A stretch of DNA of 64,000 nucleotides, from NCBI GenBank assembly GCA_019652555.1, contig BPAJ01000003.1, forward strand, positions 14,611-78,610. The letters run 5' to 3'. Positions 26,901-42,336 of the stretch are shown piece after piece. Under the pieces are notes generated by a model that did no database searches, was not told the DNA's origin, and was given only the letters and a program-made list of their open reading frames with translations. Position numbers and translations under genes: made by a program. Within the stretch, counting starts at the first letter, position 1. Every line of letters begins with the position of its first letter. Source of the stretch: Gammaproteobacteria bacterium. Its GTDB lineage: Bacteria > Pseudomonadota > Gammaproteobacteria > Magnimaribacterales > AG-339-G14.

Positions 26901-27099
26901 CTTTATTTTCTTTGTTGTTTTGGAAGTCTTCCGAATATATCTCTTGTTTTATCTCTTGCGAGATTGAAGAACTTTTTGAGCGAATTAGCTTCACATATTC
27001 TTCTAATTTAGTGAGAAATCCCGGCAATCTTTTAGGGCCTAAAATAAGTAAAGCAATGATTCCTATTAATAAGATTTCAAAGAATCCTATGTCGAACAT
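26893..27099 (-). CDS. tatB: TatB
   Basis: 68 aa with MFDIGFFEILLIGIIALLILGPKRLP, closely matching the TatB N-terminus. Confidence 0.85.
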   Translation of the reverse strand: MFDIGFFEILLIGIIALLILGPKRLPGFLTKLEEYVKLIRSKSSSISQEIKQEIYSEDFQNNKENKDD

Positions 27100-27276
27100 T
27101 TAATCTTCTTTTTTGTCGTCTAAACTTTTATCTTCTTCTTTGACTGCTTTTTTAAACCCTTTAACAAAAGAACCTAAATCTCCACCAAGATTTCTAATTC
27201 TTTTGGTGCCGAAGATCAAAACAATAATTGCTAGAATGATCAGCAATTGCCAAATACTTATTCCACCAAAACCCAT
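27100..27276 (-). CDS. tatA: TatA
   Basis: 58-aa ORF below the track cutoff: [58 protein letters not shown]. It abuts the hisE stop (27277) and the tatB start (27099). Confidence 0.85.
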   Translation of the reverse strand: MGFGGISIWQLLIILAIIVLIFGTKRIRNLGGDLGSFVKGFKKAVKEEDKSLDDKKED

Positions 27277-27597
27277 TTATTCTTTCCTTCCTTTTTTTTC
27301 TTCTATTCCAGAAAGACCCTCTCTGCTTTCAAGTTCTTTTAAAACCTCAGTCGGATCGATTCCGTTATTAGTCAATAATACCATGACGTGAAACCATAAA
27401 TCTGCAGCTTCATGAATAACCTTATTTTTCTCTGGATCTTCAGTTATTTCGGCAATTAGTTCGTCAGTCTCTTCAGCTATTTTTTCAATAATCTTCTCGT
27501 TTCCCTTTGCATACAAACTAGCTACATAAGATGAAGAAGGATCGGCATTTTTTCGCTCCTTCAGTAAGGCACTCAATCTTTCTACGATGTTTTTCAT
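27277..27597 (-). CDS. hisE: phosphoribosyl-ATP pyrophosphatase
   Basis: 106 aa with SSYVASLYAKG...EEtdE...EAADLWFHVMVLL, typical of HisE. Not fused or adjacent to hisI. Confidence 0.88.
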   Translation of the reverse strand: MKNIVERLSALLKERKNADPSSSYVASLYAKGNEKIIEKIAEETDELIAEITEDPEKNKVIHEAADLWFHVMVLLTNNGIDPTEVLKELESREGLSGIEEKKGRKE

Positions 27598-29144
27598 TGA
27601 ATAACTATTATGGCAACTAAAAGCAATGCAGTAACACCTATGTATATAAATTTATTATTGTTTTTTGATTGCTTGATCTCTTTTTTTAAGTTTTTTATTT
27701 CCGAGTTGTATTCTTCTAATCTAGACAAGTTATCTAATATGATTTCAATTTTTTCAGGAAGTTCGTAAGCTTTTTCTGCCAAAGCAAAAGAATCATTTTT
27801 AAATCTTTCAAACATTGCCTTCGGGCTATATTTTTTTGCAACCCAAGATTGAATAAATGGCTTGGCTGTTGTCCACAAATCCAATTCTGGATAAATTTGT
27901 CTGCCCAACCCCTCAATGTTAATCAAAGTTTTGTTGAGTAGTAACAATGAAGTCGGAAGGGATAAATCAAATTTTCTTGTAGCATCGAATAAATAGAGCA
28001 ACATTTCTCCAAATTTAATTTCATCGAAGGGTTTCTCGAAAATTGGATCCAAAACCGTTCTTATCACAACTTCTAGTTCAACTTCTTTTGTATCTTCGCC
28101 AACCCAACCGGCATTTATCATGGTCTTGGCAACTCCAGAATAATTTTTGTTGAACATTTCCGAAAGCATCTTGCCGATGATGAGTTGTTCTTTCTCAGTT
28201 AAGGAACCGCAAATGGCATAATCAACGGCAACATAGGTAGGATTTTCAGGATTGGAATTGTTTACAAAAATATTTCCTGGATGCATATCGGCATGGAAAA
28301 AATTATCATCAAAAAGTTGTTTGAAGAAAATCTTTACACCTGTTTCGGCTAGGGCTTTTAAATTTATGTTTTCTTTTTTTAGTACCTCTATGTCCGTTAC
28401 CGGTATTCCAGAAATTTTTTCCATGGTCATGACGTTTTTCGAAGAGAAATTTTCATAAACCTCTGGAATATACAAAAGAGAATTTTCTTTGAAGAAGTTT
28501 TTTGTTTGGATGGCGTTCGCGGCTTCTTTTTTTAGATCGGTTTCAGCAGTAATAACCAATTCATATTCTCTTATCAAATCCATCAGTTTTAATCTTCGAG
28601 CATCGGAGAGAATTAATTCAGCTAAACCGCCTAAAAACTTTATTGAATTAACATCAGCAGAAATTCTTTTATCCAAACCGGGCCGAACAATTTTTACAAC
28701 CACCGATTCACCGTCTTTTAAAATTGCTTCGTGCACTTGAGCAATAGAAGCTGCAGCGAGTGGTTCTTCACTAAATGACTCGAAAATTTGATCTATAGGA
28801 CTTTCCAAATCCTGCTCTACTATTTTGATAGCCTCTCTTGTTGAAAAAGGTTTTAAGTCGTTTTGAAATTTTTTTAAGACGCTTGATTGTTTTTCTCCAA
28901 CAAGATCTGGTCTGGTTGACAAAAGCTGACCAAATTTAATAAAGAGCGGACCCATCTCCTCTAATGCATCGCTTAAACGATACTCTATTTCTTTTTGTTT
29001 TCTGAAGAAGATTTTTGGGAAAAAAAATAAAAGAGATAAAAGAACTTTGTTTGCCAAAGGATCAAGTAGTTCATCCAATCTGTATTTACAAAAAATATAA
29101 GAGATTCGAATCAGACTGAAAATAGCCATTTTACTTTTCCGCAA
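27594..29144 (-). CDS. ubiB: ubiquinone biosynthesis kinase-like protein UbiB
   Basis: 516 aa. ABC1 domain with PLAAASIAQVHEA, VKIVRPG and HADMHPGNIF, plus a C-terminal TM helix. Confidence 0.92.
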   Translation of the reverse strand: MRKSKMAIFSLIRISYIFCKYRLDELLDPLANKVLLSLLFFFPKIFFRKQKEIEYRLSDALEEMGPLFIKFGQLLSTRPDLVGEKQSSVLKKFQNDLKPFSTREAIKIVEQDLESPIDQIFESFSEEPLAAASIAQVHEAILKDGESVVVKIVRPGLDKRISADVNSIKFLGGLAELILSDARRLKLMDLIREYELVITAETDLKKEAANAIQTKNFFKENSLLYIPEVYENFSSKNVMTMEKISGIPVTDIEVLKKENINLKALAETGVKIFFKQLFDDNFFHADMHPGNIFVNNSNPENPTYVAVDYAICGSLTEKEQLIIGKMLSEMFNKNYSGVAKTMINAGWVGEDTKEVELEVVIRTVLDPIFEKPFDEIKFGEMLLYLFDATRKFDLSLPTSLLLLNKTLINIEGLGRQIYPELDLWTTAKPFIQSWVAKKYSPKAMFERFKNDSFALAEKAYELPEKIEIILDNLSRLEEYNSEIKNLKKEIKQSKNNNKFIYIGVTALLLVAIIVIQ

Positions 29145-29880
29145 TGTGAAGAGTTACTATGCCTGCTGTCATGATGTCATAGGAAACATTTTTAAAATTT
29201 ACAGACTCAAGCATTTGTTTAAATTCTTCTTGCGATGGATGCATCCTTATTGATTCTGCAAGATATTGATAACTTTCCTCATCTTGAGCAAAAAATTTTC
29301 CAAGTTTAGGCAAAATCTTAAATGAATAGAAATCGTATAAGTCAGATATCAAAGGAGCTTCAGGCTTTGAAAATTCCAAGACCAAAAGTCTACCTCCAGG
29401 TTTTAAACATCTGTAAAAATTTTTTAAGGCTTCAAGCTTATTCGTTACATTTCTAATTCCGAAACCTATGGTTATGCAATTGAATCTGTTATCGGGAAAA
29501 GGGAGGTTTTCAGCATCAGCAACAGCAGTTTTTATATTCAATTTATTTTTATCAAGACTTCTTGCTTTGCCTAGCTTTAACATTTTCTCATTGATATCAC
29601 TTAGGATGATTTCACCTGACTCCCCAACCAAATCTGACATTAAAATAGATAGGTCTCCCGTTCCTCCGGCGACATCTAAAACAGAATCTCCTTGTTTCAA
29701 ATTAGAAAGCTCGACTGTGCCCCTCTTCCACAAGCGATGAATCCCCAAAGACATTAGGTCGTTCATAAGATCGTAGTTTTCAGCAACAGAATCAAAAACA
29801 CCCTTAACCATTTCGGGTTTTTCCGTTTTATCTACATTCTTATAACCAAAGTTGGTTTCGTTGTTTTCGTTTTTACTCAT
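29131..29880 (-). CDS. ubiE: demethylmenaquinone/ubiquinone C-methyltransferase UbiE
   Basis: 249 aa with YDLMNDLMSLGIHRLWK and SAM motif VLDVAGGTGDL. Confidence 0.95.
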   Translation of the reverse strand: MSKNENNETNFGYKNVDKTEKPEMVKGVFDSVAENYDLMNDLMSLGIHRLWKRGTVELSNLKQGDSVLDVAGGTGDLSILMSDLVGESGEIILSDINEKMLKLGKARSLDKNKLNIKTAVADAENLPFPDNRFNCITIGFGIRNVTNKLEALKNFYRCLKPGGRLLVLEFSKPEAPLISDLYDFYSFKILPKLGKFFAQDEESYQYLAESIRMHPSQEEFKQMLESVNFKNVSYDIMTAGIVTLHIAEK

Positions 29881-29915
29881 TTCTTTGGAATCTGTTAGTA
29901 TTGTAGTTTATTCAT

Positions 29916-30455
29916 ATGGAAAACAAATTAATTTGGCTAGACTTAGAAATGACTGGTCTAGAACCGCAATCCGAAAGAATTATAGAGATTTTCACCGCCA
30001 TTACTAATGAAGATTTAACAGAAGTAATCGAAGGACCAAATATCGTTATATCACAACCTAGTGAATATTTAGACAACATGGATGATTGGAATCAAGATCA
30101 TCATTCTAGATCGGGATTATTAGATGAAGTTAAAAAGAGTGAGATTTCTCAAGAGGATGCAGAGTTGAGGACTTTGAATTTCATTAAAGAACATGTCGGT
30201 AAAAATAAATCACCTCTTTGTGGAAACACAATTCACCACGACAGAAAATTTTTAACCTTGTATATGCCTCAACTAGAAGAGTATTTTCACTACAGAAATA
30301 TAGATGTAAGCTCTTTAAAAGAAGTTGCAAAAAGATGGCGTCCAGAAGTCACTATGGAACAAGCTAAGCAAGTAGCGCATCGAGCAAGAGCAGATGTTTT
30401 TGAATCTATAAATGAATTGCGGTTTTACCGAGATGAATTTTTTGCAAAAAACTAA
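29916..30455 (+). CDS. orn: oligoribonuclease
   Basis: 179 aa with LIWLDLEMTGL (DEDD exo I) and a later H-x4-D motif. Confidence 0.93.
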   Translation: MENKLIWLDLEMTGLEPQSERIIEIFTAITNEDLTEVIEGPNIVISQPSEYLDNMDDWNQDHHSRSGLLDEVKKSEISQEDAELRTLNFIKEHVGKNKSPLCGNTIHHDRKFLTLYMPQLEEYFHYRNIDVSSLKEVAKRWRPEVTMEQAKQVAHRARADVFESINELRFYRDEFFAKN

Positions 30456-30509
30456 CTTTTTTACTGTATCTTTCCCCGTTTTCTTTATAATTGCCATCCC
30501 TTTTAAGAT

Positions 30510-31841
30510 ATGAAGAAAGTCTTTATCCAAACCCATGGCTGTCAGATGAATGAATACGATTCAGCCAAAATGCTTGAGTTACTAGGCGAGAAAAGTAATT
30601 TTCAAACTACAGAAAATGAGGCAGAAGCAGATTTATTAGTGCTAAATACTTGTTCAATCAGAGAAAAAGCACAAGAAAGGGTATTCCACCAAGTTGGACG
30701 CTGGAAAGCTTTGAAAGACAATAATCCCAATCTAAAGATTGCCGTTGGTGGGTGTGTTGCAAGCCAAGAAGGAGAAGCTATTTCTAAAAGAGCTCCTGCA
30801 GTAGATATTGTCTTTGGTCCGCAAACTCTGCACAAACTCCCAGATTTGTATGAAGAATCTTCAAAAGATGGAAAAAGAAAGCTTGATATTTCCTTTCCAA
30901 AAATTGAAAAATTTGATCACTTTCCTGAGCCTAGAGCCGAAGGACCTTCCGCTTTTGTTTCTGTCATGGAAGGATGCAATAAATATTGTTCTTTTTGTGT
31001 GGTCCCGCACACCAGAGGGCATGAGGTTAGCAGACCGTTTGATGATATTTTAAAAGAAGTGAAATCATTGGCGGATCAAGGAGTAAGAGAAATAAATTTT
31101 TTAGGACAAAATGTAAATAATTTCAAAGGCGAAAAAGATGGAGAAAAATCCTCTTTAGCGGAATTGATTAGGGATGCTGCTCAGATCAAAAATATAGATC
31201 GCCTAAGATTTACTACCAGTCATCCGTTTGAATTTAAAGATGATCTTGTAGAACTTTATCTTGATGTACCTGAGTTGGTCAGCCATGTACATTTGCCGGT
31301 TCAAAGTGGATCAGACAGGATTTTGAAGTTAATGAGAAGAAGGTATACCCGAGAGAGTTACTTGGATTTAGTAAATCGTATAAGAACAAATCGTCCCGAC
31401 ATTAGTTTTTCTTCAGATTTTATAGTTGGTTTTCCGGGCGAGACAGAAGAAGACTTTCAAGATACTTTGGATGTTATCGATAGCGTTAAGTTCGATGAAT
31501 CTTTTAGTTTCATATACAGCCCAAGACCCAATACACCAGCAGCTAAAATGGAAGACGATGTCAGTCTGGATGAAAAAAAAGAAAGATTGAGTATCCTCCA
31601 AAATAAGCTAAACAACTATTCCAGTCAGATCAGTCGCAAAATGGTTGGTACCACGGAAAAGTGTTTAGTCACAGACATTTCAAAGAGGAATCCGGGAGAA
31701 TTCCAAGCCAGAACGGAAAATAATCGTGTCGTTAATTTCTCTTCAGCTAAAAATATGATTGGAAGTTTTGTTGATTTAGAAATTGTGGAGGCAAAACCAA
31801 ACTCACTTAGAGGTAATTTTACTGGAGGCACAATAAATTAA
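30510..31841 (+). CDS. miaB: tRNA-i6A37 methylthiotransferase MiaB
   Basis: 443 aa with N-terminal [10 protein letters not shown], the radical-SAM motif [11 protein letters not shown], and a TRAM-like C-terminus. Confidence 0.95.
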   Translation: MKKVFIQTHGCQMNEYDSAKMLELLGEKSNFQTTENEAEADLLVLNTCSIREKAQERVFHQVGRWKALKDNNPNLKIAVGGCVASQEGEAISKRAPAVDIVFGPQTLHKLPDLYEESSKDGKRKLDISFPKIEKFDHFPEPRAEGPSAFVSVMEGCNKYCSFCVVPHTRGHEVSRPFDDILKEVKSLADQGVREINFLGQNVNNFKGEKDGEKSSLAELIRDAAQIKNIDRLRFTTSHPFEFKDDLVELYLDVPELVSHVHLPVQSGSDRILKLMRRRYTRESYLDLVNRIRTNRPDISFSSDFIVGFPGETEEDFQDTLDVIDSVKFDESFSFIYSPRPNTPAAKMEDDVSLDEKKERLSILQNKLNNYSSQISRKMVGTTEKCLVTDISKRNPGEFQARTENNRVVNFSSAKNMIGSFVDLEIVEAKPNSLRGNFTGGTIN

Positions 31842-31844
31842 TTT

Positions 31845-32819
31845 ATGTCTGAATTGAAATTCAAACTTGAATCGGACGATTCAAAAAAACTATCAATAAT
31901 TTGCGGTCCAGTTAACTCTAACTTATCAAAGATAGAGGATTCTCTTTCAATTAAAATCAAAAATAGAGGCAGCTTATTTTCTCTTTCTGGTGAAGATCAA
32001 AACATTACAAAAGGTCGACTCGTTATTGAAGAGCTCTTTAGTTTCGCTGACCAGTCAAAAGACATCTCTCCAAAAGAAATCCATTTCTTTATTTCCAAAG
32101 CTTTGAATCAGCCAAACGAATCAAAAAACTTTAAATTGGAATCAAAAAGCGCTTTTTCTCTAGCAACACCAAAATTAGAGGTCATTCCAAGAAACCAATC
32201 TCAAGAAGATTTTATCAACTCCATTTCTTCTCATGATATTTCCTTTGGCATCGGACCAGCTGGTACTGGAAAAACATATTTGGCTGTTGCGGTTGCTGTG
32301 AATTTATTCATTCAGAGGAAAATTAATAAAATTATTTTGACTAGGCCTTTGGTAGAGGCTGGTGAGAGACTAGGGTTCTTGCCAGGTGATTTGGCTCAAA
32401 AAGTAGATCCATACCTGCAGCCGCTCTATGATGCTTTGAATGAAATGTTAGGCTTTGAAACTGTCAACAAATTCATAGAAAGAGGGAATATTGAATTGGC
32501 ACCCTTGGCTTATATGAGAGGAAGAACCTTAAACGATGCTTTTTTGATTTTAGATGAAGCTCAAAACTGTACTTCCATGCAAATGAAAATGTTTTTAACA
32601 AGATTGGGTTTTAATTCCAAAGCGGTTGTTACTGGAGATGTTACTCAAATAGACCTACCATCTAAAAAAATGTCCGGTCTGGCAGATGCTGTAAAGATTT
32701 TAGAAGGTCAAAAAGGAATCTCTTTTTTCCATTTTGCATCCAAAGATGTAGTCAGACACAACCTGGTACAAAGCATCATCGAAGCTTACGAAAAAAACTC
32801 AAAAAATAATGAAGATTGA
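31845..32819 (+). CDS. ybeZ: PhoH-like ATPase YbeZ
   Basis: 324 aa with Walker A GPAGTGKTYLAV. miaB-ybeZ-ybeY-corC order. Confidence 0.9.
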   Translation: MSELKFKLESDDSKKLSIICGPVNSNLSKIEDSLSIKIKNRGSLFSLSGEDQNITKGRLVIEELFSFADQSKDISPKEIHFFISKALNQPNESKNFKLESKSAFSLATPKLEVIPRNQSQEDFINSISSHDISFGIGPAGTGKTYLAVAVAVNLFIQRKINKIILTRPLVEAGERLGFLPGDLAQKVDPYLQPLYDALNEMLGFETVNKFIERGNIELAPLAYMRGRTLNDAFLILDEAQNCTSMQMKMFLTRLGFNSKAVVTGDVTQIDLPSKKMSGLADAVKILEGQKGISFFHFASKDVVRHNLVQSIIEAYEKNSKNNED

Positions 32820-33270
32820 GCTAATCAACGATCACTACAAAAAAATTCCTGAGCCTTTTAAGAAAAAGGAAATAAAAAAGCTCATTGATGTAGTCTTAAA
32901 AAAGATTGGCTTTGAAGAACTTGAAAATGGTCAAATCAACATAAAATATACATCAGAAGAAGAAATTAAAATGTTGAACGAGAAGTTTTACAACAAAGTG
33001 GGTGTGACAAATGTCTTGGCTTTTACCAATAACCAAGAAACTCCTGAAAGCAAAGAAAGATTAATTGGTGAGATTGCCATATGTATCAGTCAAATCGAAA
33101 AAGAAGCAAAAATGTATAAAAAAGCTGTCGAGACAAGGTTGAAACACATGATTGTCCATGGCGTGCTTCATCTTTTCGGCTTTGACCATCAAAAAAAAGG
33201 CGAACAAAAAGAGATGGAAAAGGTAGAAGATGATATTATCACCAGCTGTCTTGGCGAGAGACCTTATTAA
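32809..33270 (+). CDS. ybeY: rRNA maturation endoribonuclease YbeY
   Basis: 153 aa with the zinc motif HGVLHLFGFDH. Confidence 0.93.
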   Translation: MKIELINDHYKKIPEPFKKKEIKKLIDVVLKKIGFEELENGQINIKYTSEEEIKMLNEKFYNKVGVTNVLAFTNNQETPESKERLIGEIAICISQIEKEAKMYKKAVETRLKHMIVHGVLHLFGFDHQKKGEQKEMEKVEDDIITSCLGERPY

Positions 33271-33273
33271 ATA

Positions 33274-34176
33274 ATGAAAGAAGAACCTCCAAGTATAAGT
33301 GCCCAACCGGAAAAGTTGGGCTTAATACAACGTATTAAAAGCTTTTTTAGGGATTTCCACATCAGGATTTCCTTCAAACCATCAAATCAAGAAGAGTTAA
33401 CCTCTGTTTTAAGAGATGCAGAGGAAAACAATCTCATCGATAAAGGTGTTTTGGATATGATGGAAGAAACCATTGATTTTTCCTCTACTCCAGTAAAAGA
33501 AGTGATGGTGCCAAAAACTCAAGTTATATCCATCAAAGAAACCGAAGGTTTAGCTGAATTTTTGCCTCGAATTCTTGAATCAGCTCATTCAAGATTTCCA
33601 GTTTTTGATGAGCCTCAAGAAAAAATAAAAGGTATCTTGTTGGCAAAAGATTTATTGAAATTTGGCCCCGGTCTATTAGGACAAGACGAAAATATAAATT
33701 TCGATTTGTCTCAGATTTTAAGGCCAATTAATTTCATCCCTGAAAGTAAAAAAATCAACATTCTCTTGGAAGAATTTAAAACGAACCGAAGTCACATGGC
33801 TGCAGTTGTCGACGAGTTTGGTGAAATAAGTGGAATCGTTACTATTGAAGATGTTTTAGAAGAAATTGTTGGAGAAATTGTCGATGAAACTGATATCAGT
33901 GAATCTGAAGATATTATTCAATTAACCGATAATGAGTTTAATGTTTCAGCCTTAACCGAGATTGAAACTTTCAACGATCGCTTTTCTTCAAGTTTTGAGG
34001 CAACAGACTTTGATACCATCGGCGGAATTGTCTTAAACGCTTTTGGAAAAATTCCTTTAGTAAATGACTCAATCGAAATACAAAATTTTCACTTCACTGT
34101 TTTAGCCGCAAACAAAAGACAAATTTTAAAGTTGAGAATTAAGGTTTTAGAATCTACACCCGAAGAACCTAACTAG
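33274..34176 (+). CDS. corC: CBS-pair/CorC_HlyC domain magnesium/cobalt efflux protein CorC (YbeX)
   Basis: 300 aa with a tandem CBS region and a C-terminal transporter-associated domain. Conserved position after ybeY. Confidence 0.85.
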   Translation: MKEEPPSISAQPEKLGLIQRIKSFFRDFHIRISFKPSNQEELTSVLRDAEENNLIDKGVLDMMEETIDFSSTPVKEVMVPKTQVISIKETEGLAEFLPRILESAHSRFPVFDEPQEKIKGILLAKDLLKFGPGLLGQDENINFDLSQILRPINFIPESKKINILLEEFKTNRSHMAAVVDEFGEISGIVTIEDVLEEIVGEIVDETDISESEDIIQLTDNEFNVSALTEIETFNDRFSSSFEATDFDTIGGIVLNAFGKIPLVNDSIEIQNFHFTVLAANKRQILKLRIKVLESTPEEPN

Positions 34177-35071
34177 AATTTTCTTCAAGAATTTTCTTTA
34201 ACTCCGCGCCGAGCAATTCAACATCTTGGATGCCCCCATAATTAGGTCTTATGACTATTGCAATTTCTCTGTGAGGGCCAGATTCGTCAAGATGTAAATT
34301 TTTAAGGTCTGGATTACCTGCCATCAACTGACTAATAGCCATCCTCGGCACCAAAGTAGTACCCATGCCGCTTTTTACAAATTGTATTAGTGTATTTAAA
34401 GAAGAGGCTTTGAAAGAAATATTGCTTGCTTGCTTTGTCATTTTGCACGCAGACAGTATGTGATCTTTGAGGCAATGTCCTTCTTCTAGTAATAGTAATT
34501 CAGATCGATCAAGTTCATTGGCTTTTATTTCATTGTCCTTAGAGCGAGCATCATTTTTCTTAGTAATCCAAAAAAAATCTTCAGCCCAAAATTTTATTGG
34601 TATCAGACCTTGAAGCTTGAAGGGCAGTGCAAGAATAGCCATATCCAAATCACCGTTTTTGACTTTATCAATGAGATCGTTTGACTGACCTTCAGAAATA
34701 TTTAAATTCAATTTAGGAAATTTAGCACTCAAAGACTTGATGGCGTATGGCATCAAAAAGGGACTTATGGTTGGGATGACTCCAAGAGATATAGGGTGTG
34801 AAAGCGGTTGTGAATTATTTTCAGAAATTTTTTGAATGTCCTCCAGTTGCAACTTAATGCTTTTATATTTCTTTAAAATTTCTTCACCCAATTTAGTAAC
34901 AATTACTTTTTTATTGTTTCTTTCAAAAATTTCAAAACCCAGTTGTTTTTCCATTTCTGATATAGCATTACTCAAGGTGGAAGCGGAGACAAAACACTTA
35001 TCTGCAGCATTTTTAAAATGCATCTCTTTTTCAACCGCTAAGGCATAATTTATTTGCTTGATACTAACCAT
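34169..35071 (-). CDS. oxyR: LysR-family peroxide sensor OxyR
   Basis: 300 aa with an N-terminal HTH and the redox Cys pair in EEGHCLKDHILSAC, spaced as E. coli C199/C208. Divergent from katG. Confidence 0.85.
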   Translation of the reverse strand: MVSIKQINYALAVEKEMHFKNAADKCFVSASTLSNAISEMEKQLGFEIFERNNKKVIVTKLGEEILKKYKSIKLQLEDIQKISENNSQPLSHPISLGVIPTISPFLMPYAIKSLSAKFPKLNLNISEGQSNDLIDKVKNGDLDMAILALPFKLQGLIPIKFWAEDFFWITKKNDARSKDNEIKANELDRSELLLLEEGHCLKDHILSACKMTKQASNISFKASSLNTLIQFVKSGMGTTLVPRMAISQLMAGNPDLKNLHLDESGPHREIAIVIRPNYGGIQDVELLGAELKKILEENSS

Positions 35072-35177
35072 TTATGTTCGATTTTTTAGAATATTAAATA
35101 AGAAATATACATATTTAACAATACATAAAAAGATAGTTTAATATGGGAAGAATTTGTTTTTATATGAGGTGAAATAG

Positions 35178-37324
<2,147 letters not shown>

Positions 37325-37356
37325 CTCTTAGGTCGAAAGTTCTTCTTGGCTTTTAA

Positions 37357-38665
<1,309 letters not shown>

Positions 38666-38666
<1 letters not shown>

Positions 38667-40012
38667 TAACTATCTAGATAACCACTAATCTCATAGATGT
38701 CTGCTGGCGATAAAATACCTGAAGCTAATTTCAATTCTAAAGTACTAATGATGTAATCGTACTTAGCAGCAATGAGATCTCTTTGTGCTGAAAAATAGTT
38801 TTTTTCTGCGTTTAACAAATCAACAATATTTCTAGTATTTTCTTCATAACCAACCATTGTTGCTTTGAGCGCAAAATTTGAGGATTCTAAGGAAGCTTTC
38901 CTAGCATTCACATTTGCTAAATTGGTCAATACCGAAGTGAATTTTGTTTTTACGTCCCGAATTACAAATCTTTCAGTAAGAAGTTCTTGCTGATCTGCTT
39001 GCTCTGCTAAGGCATTAGCTTCTCTTCTTTCTGCATGCAACAAGCCGCCTGTAACAATTGGCCAATTGAATTCCAAACTGTATCTAGTTTGCTCAATCCC
39101 GTTTGGACCAAAAGTAGCACCATTCTGTGGATCGAAACCAACTATACCTCTTGAGTTATTTTGAGTAATGCTAGCTACTAAGTCTATATCTGGGAAATGA
39201 GAAGCAAGTTTTGCTTGCGAATTTTTCCTAGCTGCCGTTGCGTTTAACTTAGATGCTTTCAAGGTAAAACTATTTGCCAAAGCCAAATCTGCCCACTGAT
39301 CCTGTTCTACTGGATCAGGCTTACTCACAGGAAAATCATCATTTAAATCTTTTATGTCAGGAGCATCACCTATGATTGAGATCATTGCCTCTCTGGCAAA
39401 TTCAAGTTGTCCTTCAGAAGCAATTTTTGAAACTCTTGCTAAATCATAAAAGGCTTGGGCTTCTTGAAATTCAGATTTAGAGGATACGCCTTCTTCGTAA
39501 AGTCGTTTGGTTCGATCTCTTTGTTTTTTAATTGACTGTTCTTCTAATCTTGCGACTTCAAGATTTTTTTTAGCTTTTAAAAGATTGAAATAAATGTTGG
39601 ATATTCTGATGATGGTTTCTTGTTGTGAAAGGGCGAATTTTGCTTCTGCAGCTTCGCCAAGTGCTTTACCTTGAGAAAATTGAAACCATGTATCAACTCT
39701 AAAGATTGGTTGAATCAAATTAGCTGAGTAATAATTAGAGTTGCTGCCTTGGGTATCAGTAAATAATGAAGTATTTTCAGTATTTTTATTTTCGTTCCAA
39801 GTAGTTCCCGCTCTAAGAGAAAACTTAGGCAGCAAGCCTGCCATGGCTTTATTTTTTATCTCTTTATTAGCATTAAATGTTGCTTCATCAATTTTCAGCT
39901 GCGGATCGTTCGTAAGAGCAAGCTCATAGACGTCTGCCAAAGTCGCCGTATGAGCAAAGGAGCCTAATAATAAAAGGGATAAAGTTATTAGAAATGATGC
40001 AAATTTTTCCAA
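38666..40012 (-). CDS. tolC: TolC-family outer membrane channel
   Basis: Two repeated OEP halves (ADVYELALTNDPQLK...). The start is placed at the TTG at 40012, which has GAGGAG 6 nt upstream and yields the signal peptide MEKFASFLITLSLLLLGSFA. The track ORF start at 40093 adds 27 non-signal residues. Confidence 0.85.
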
Positions 40013-40097
40013 AAGATGCTCCTCTTGAGTTAAATTATGATTTGGAATGACATGATAATTTTTTGTAACCTTTTTTACCATTAAAATAATCAAATAA

Positions 40098-41855
<1,758 letters not shown>

Positions 41856-41857
41856 AG

Positions 41858-42334
41858 ATGAAACAACAAGGCGATCAAATTTCAGATGCTACTCTGAGAA
41901 AATTAGGCTCTGAGGGCATCGATTCTATTCAATTAAACGAATACTCTAAAGACAAAAAGTTAGTGTTGATAGGAGTTCCTGGAGCTTTTACTCCTACGTG
42001 TTCTGTAAATCACGTCCCTGGGTTTATTGAAAAAGCCGATGAAATTCTTGCTAAAGGAGTTGATGAAATAATCTGTATTTCGGTAACCAATCCTTGGGTT
42101 ATGGATGCTTGGGGAAAAAATTTAAAGGCAGATAAAATTACCATGCTGTCAGACGGAAACTGCGAATTCACAGAGAGCATGGGACTCATTATGGACGGCA
42201 GCGGCTTTGGTCTTGGGAAGGTTTCATCGAGATATGCTGCTATTGTCGAAGACGGAAAGATAAATTGCTTACTTGCAGAAAAAGGCGGTGCATTTGAAGT
42301 AAGCAGTGCAGAAAATATTCTAGAACACTTATAA
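41858..42334 (+). CDS. Prx5-type peroxiredoxin
   Basis: 158 aa with the active-site context GVPGAFTPTCS. Confidence 0.88.
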   Translation: MKQQGDQISDATLRKLGSEGIDSIQLNEYSKDKKLVLIGVPGAFTPTCSVNHVPGFIEKADEILAKGVDEIICISVTNPWVMDAWGKNLKADKITMLSDGNCEFTESMGLIMDGSGFGLGKVSSRYAAIVEDGKINCLLAEKGGAFEVSSAENILEHL

Positions 42335-42336
42335 GC

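Noticed and set aside
35072-35177. Looked for a canonical OxyR tetranucleotide-repeat operator (ATAG-N7-CTAT pattern) in the oxyR-katG spacer.
   Set aside because: Only isolated ATAG elements were seen, with no convincing full motif by eye. The divergent oxyR/katG arrangement and conserved redox cysteines are ordinary biology.
40013-40093. 27-codon N-terminal extension of the tolC track ORF, and the similar short extensions of mpl (51098-51121) and nadD (55657-55659).
   Set aside because: For tolC, an internal TTG with GAGGAG at ideal spacing gives a proper signal peptide. The mpl and nadD N-termini match their families only from the downstream ATG.
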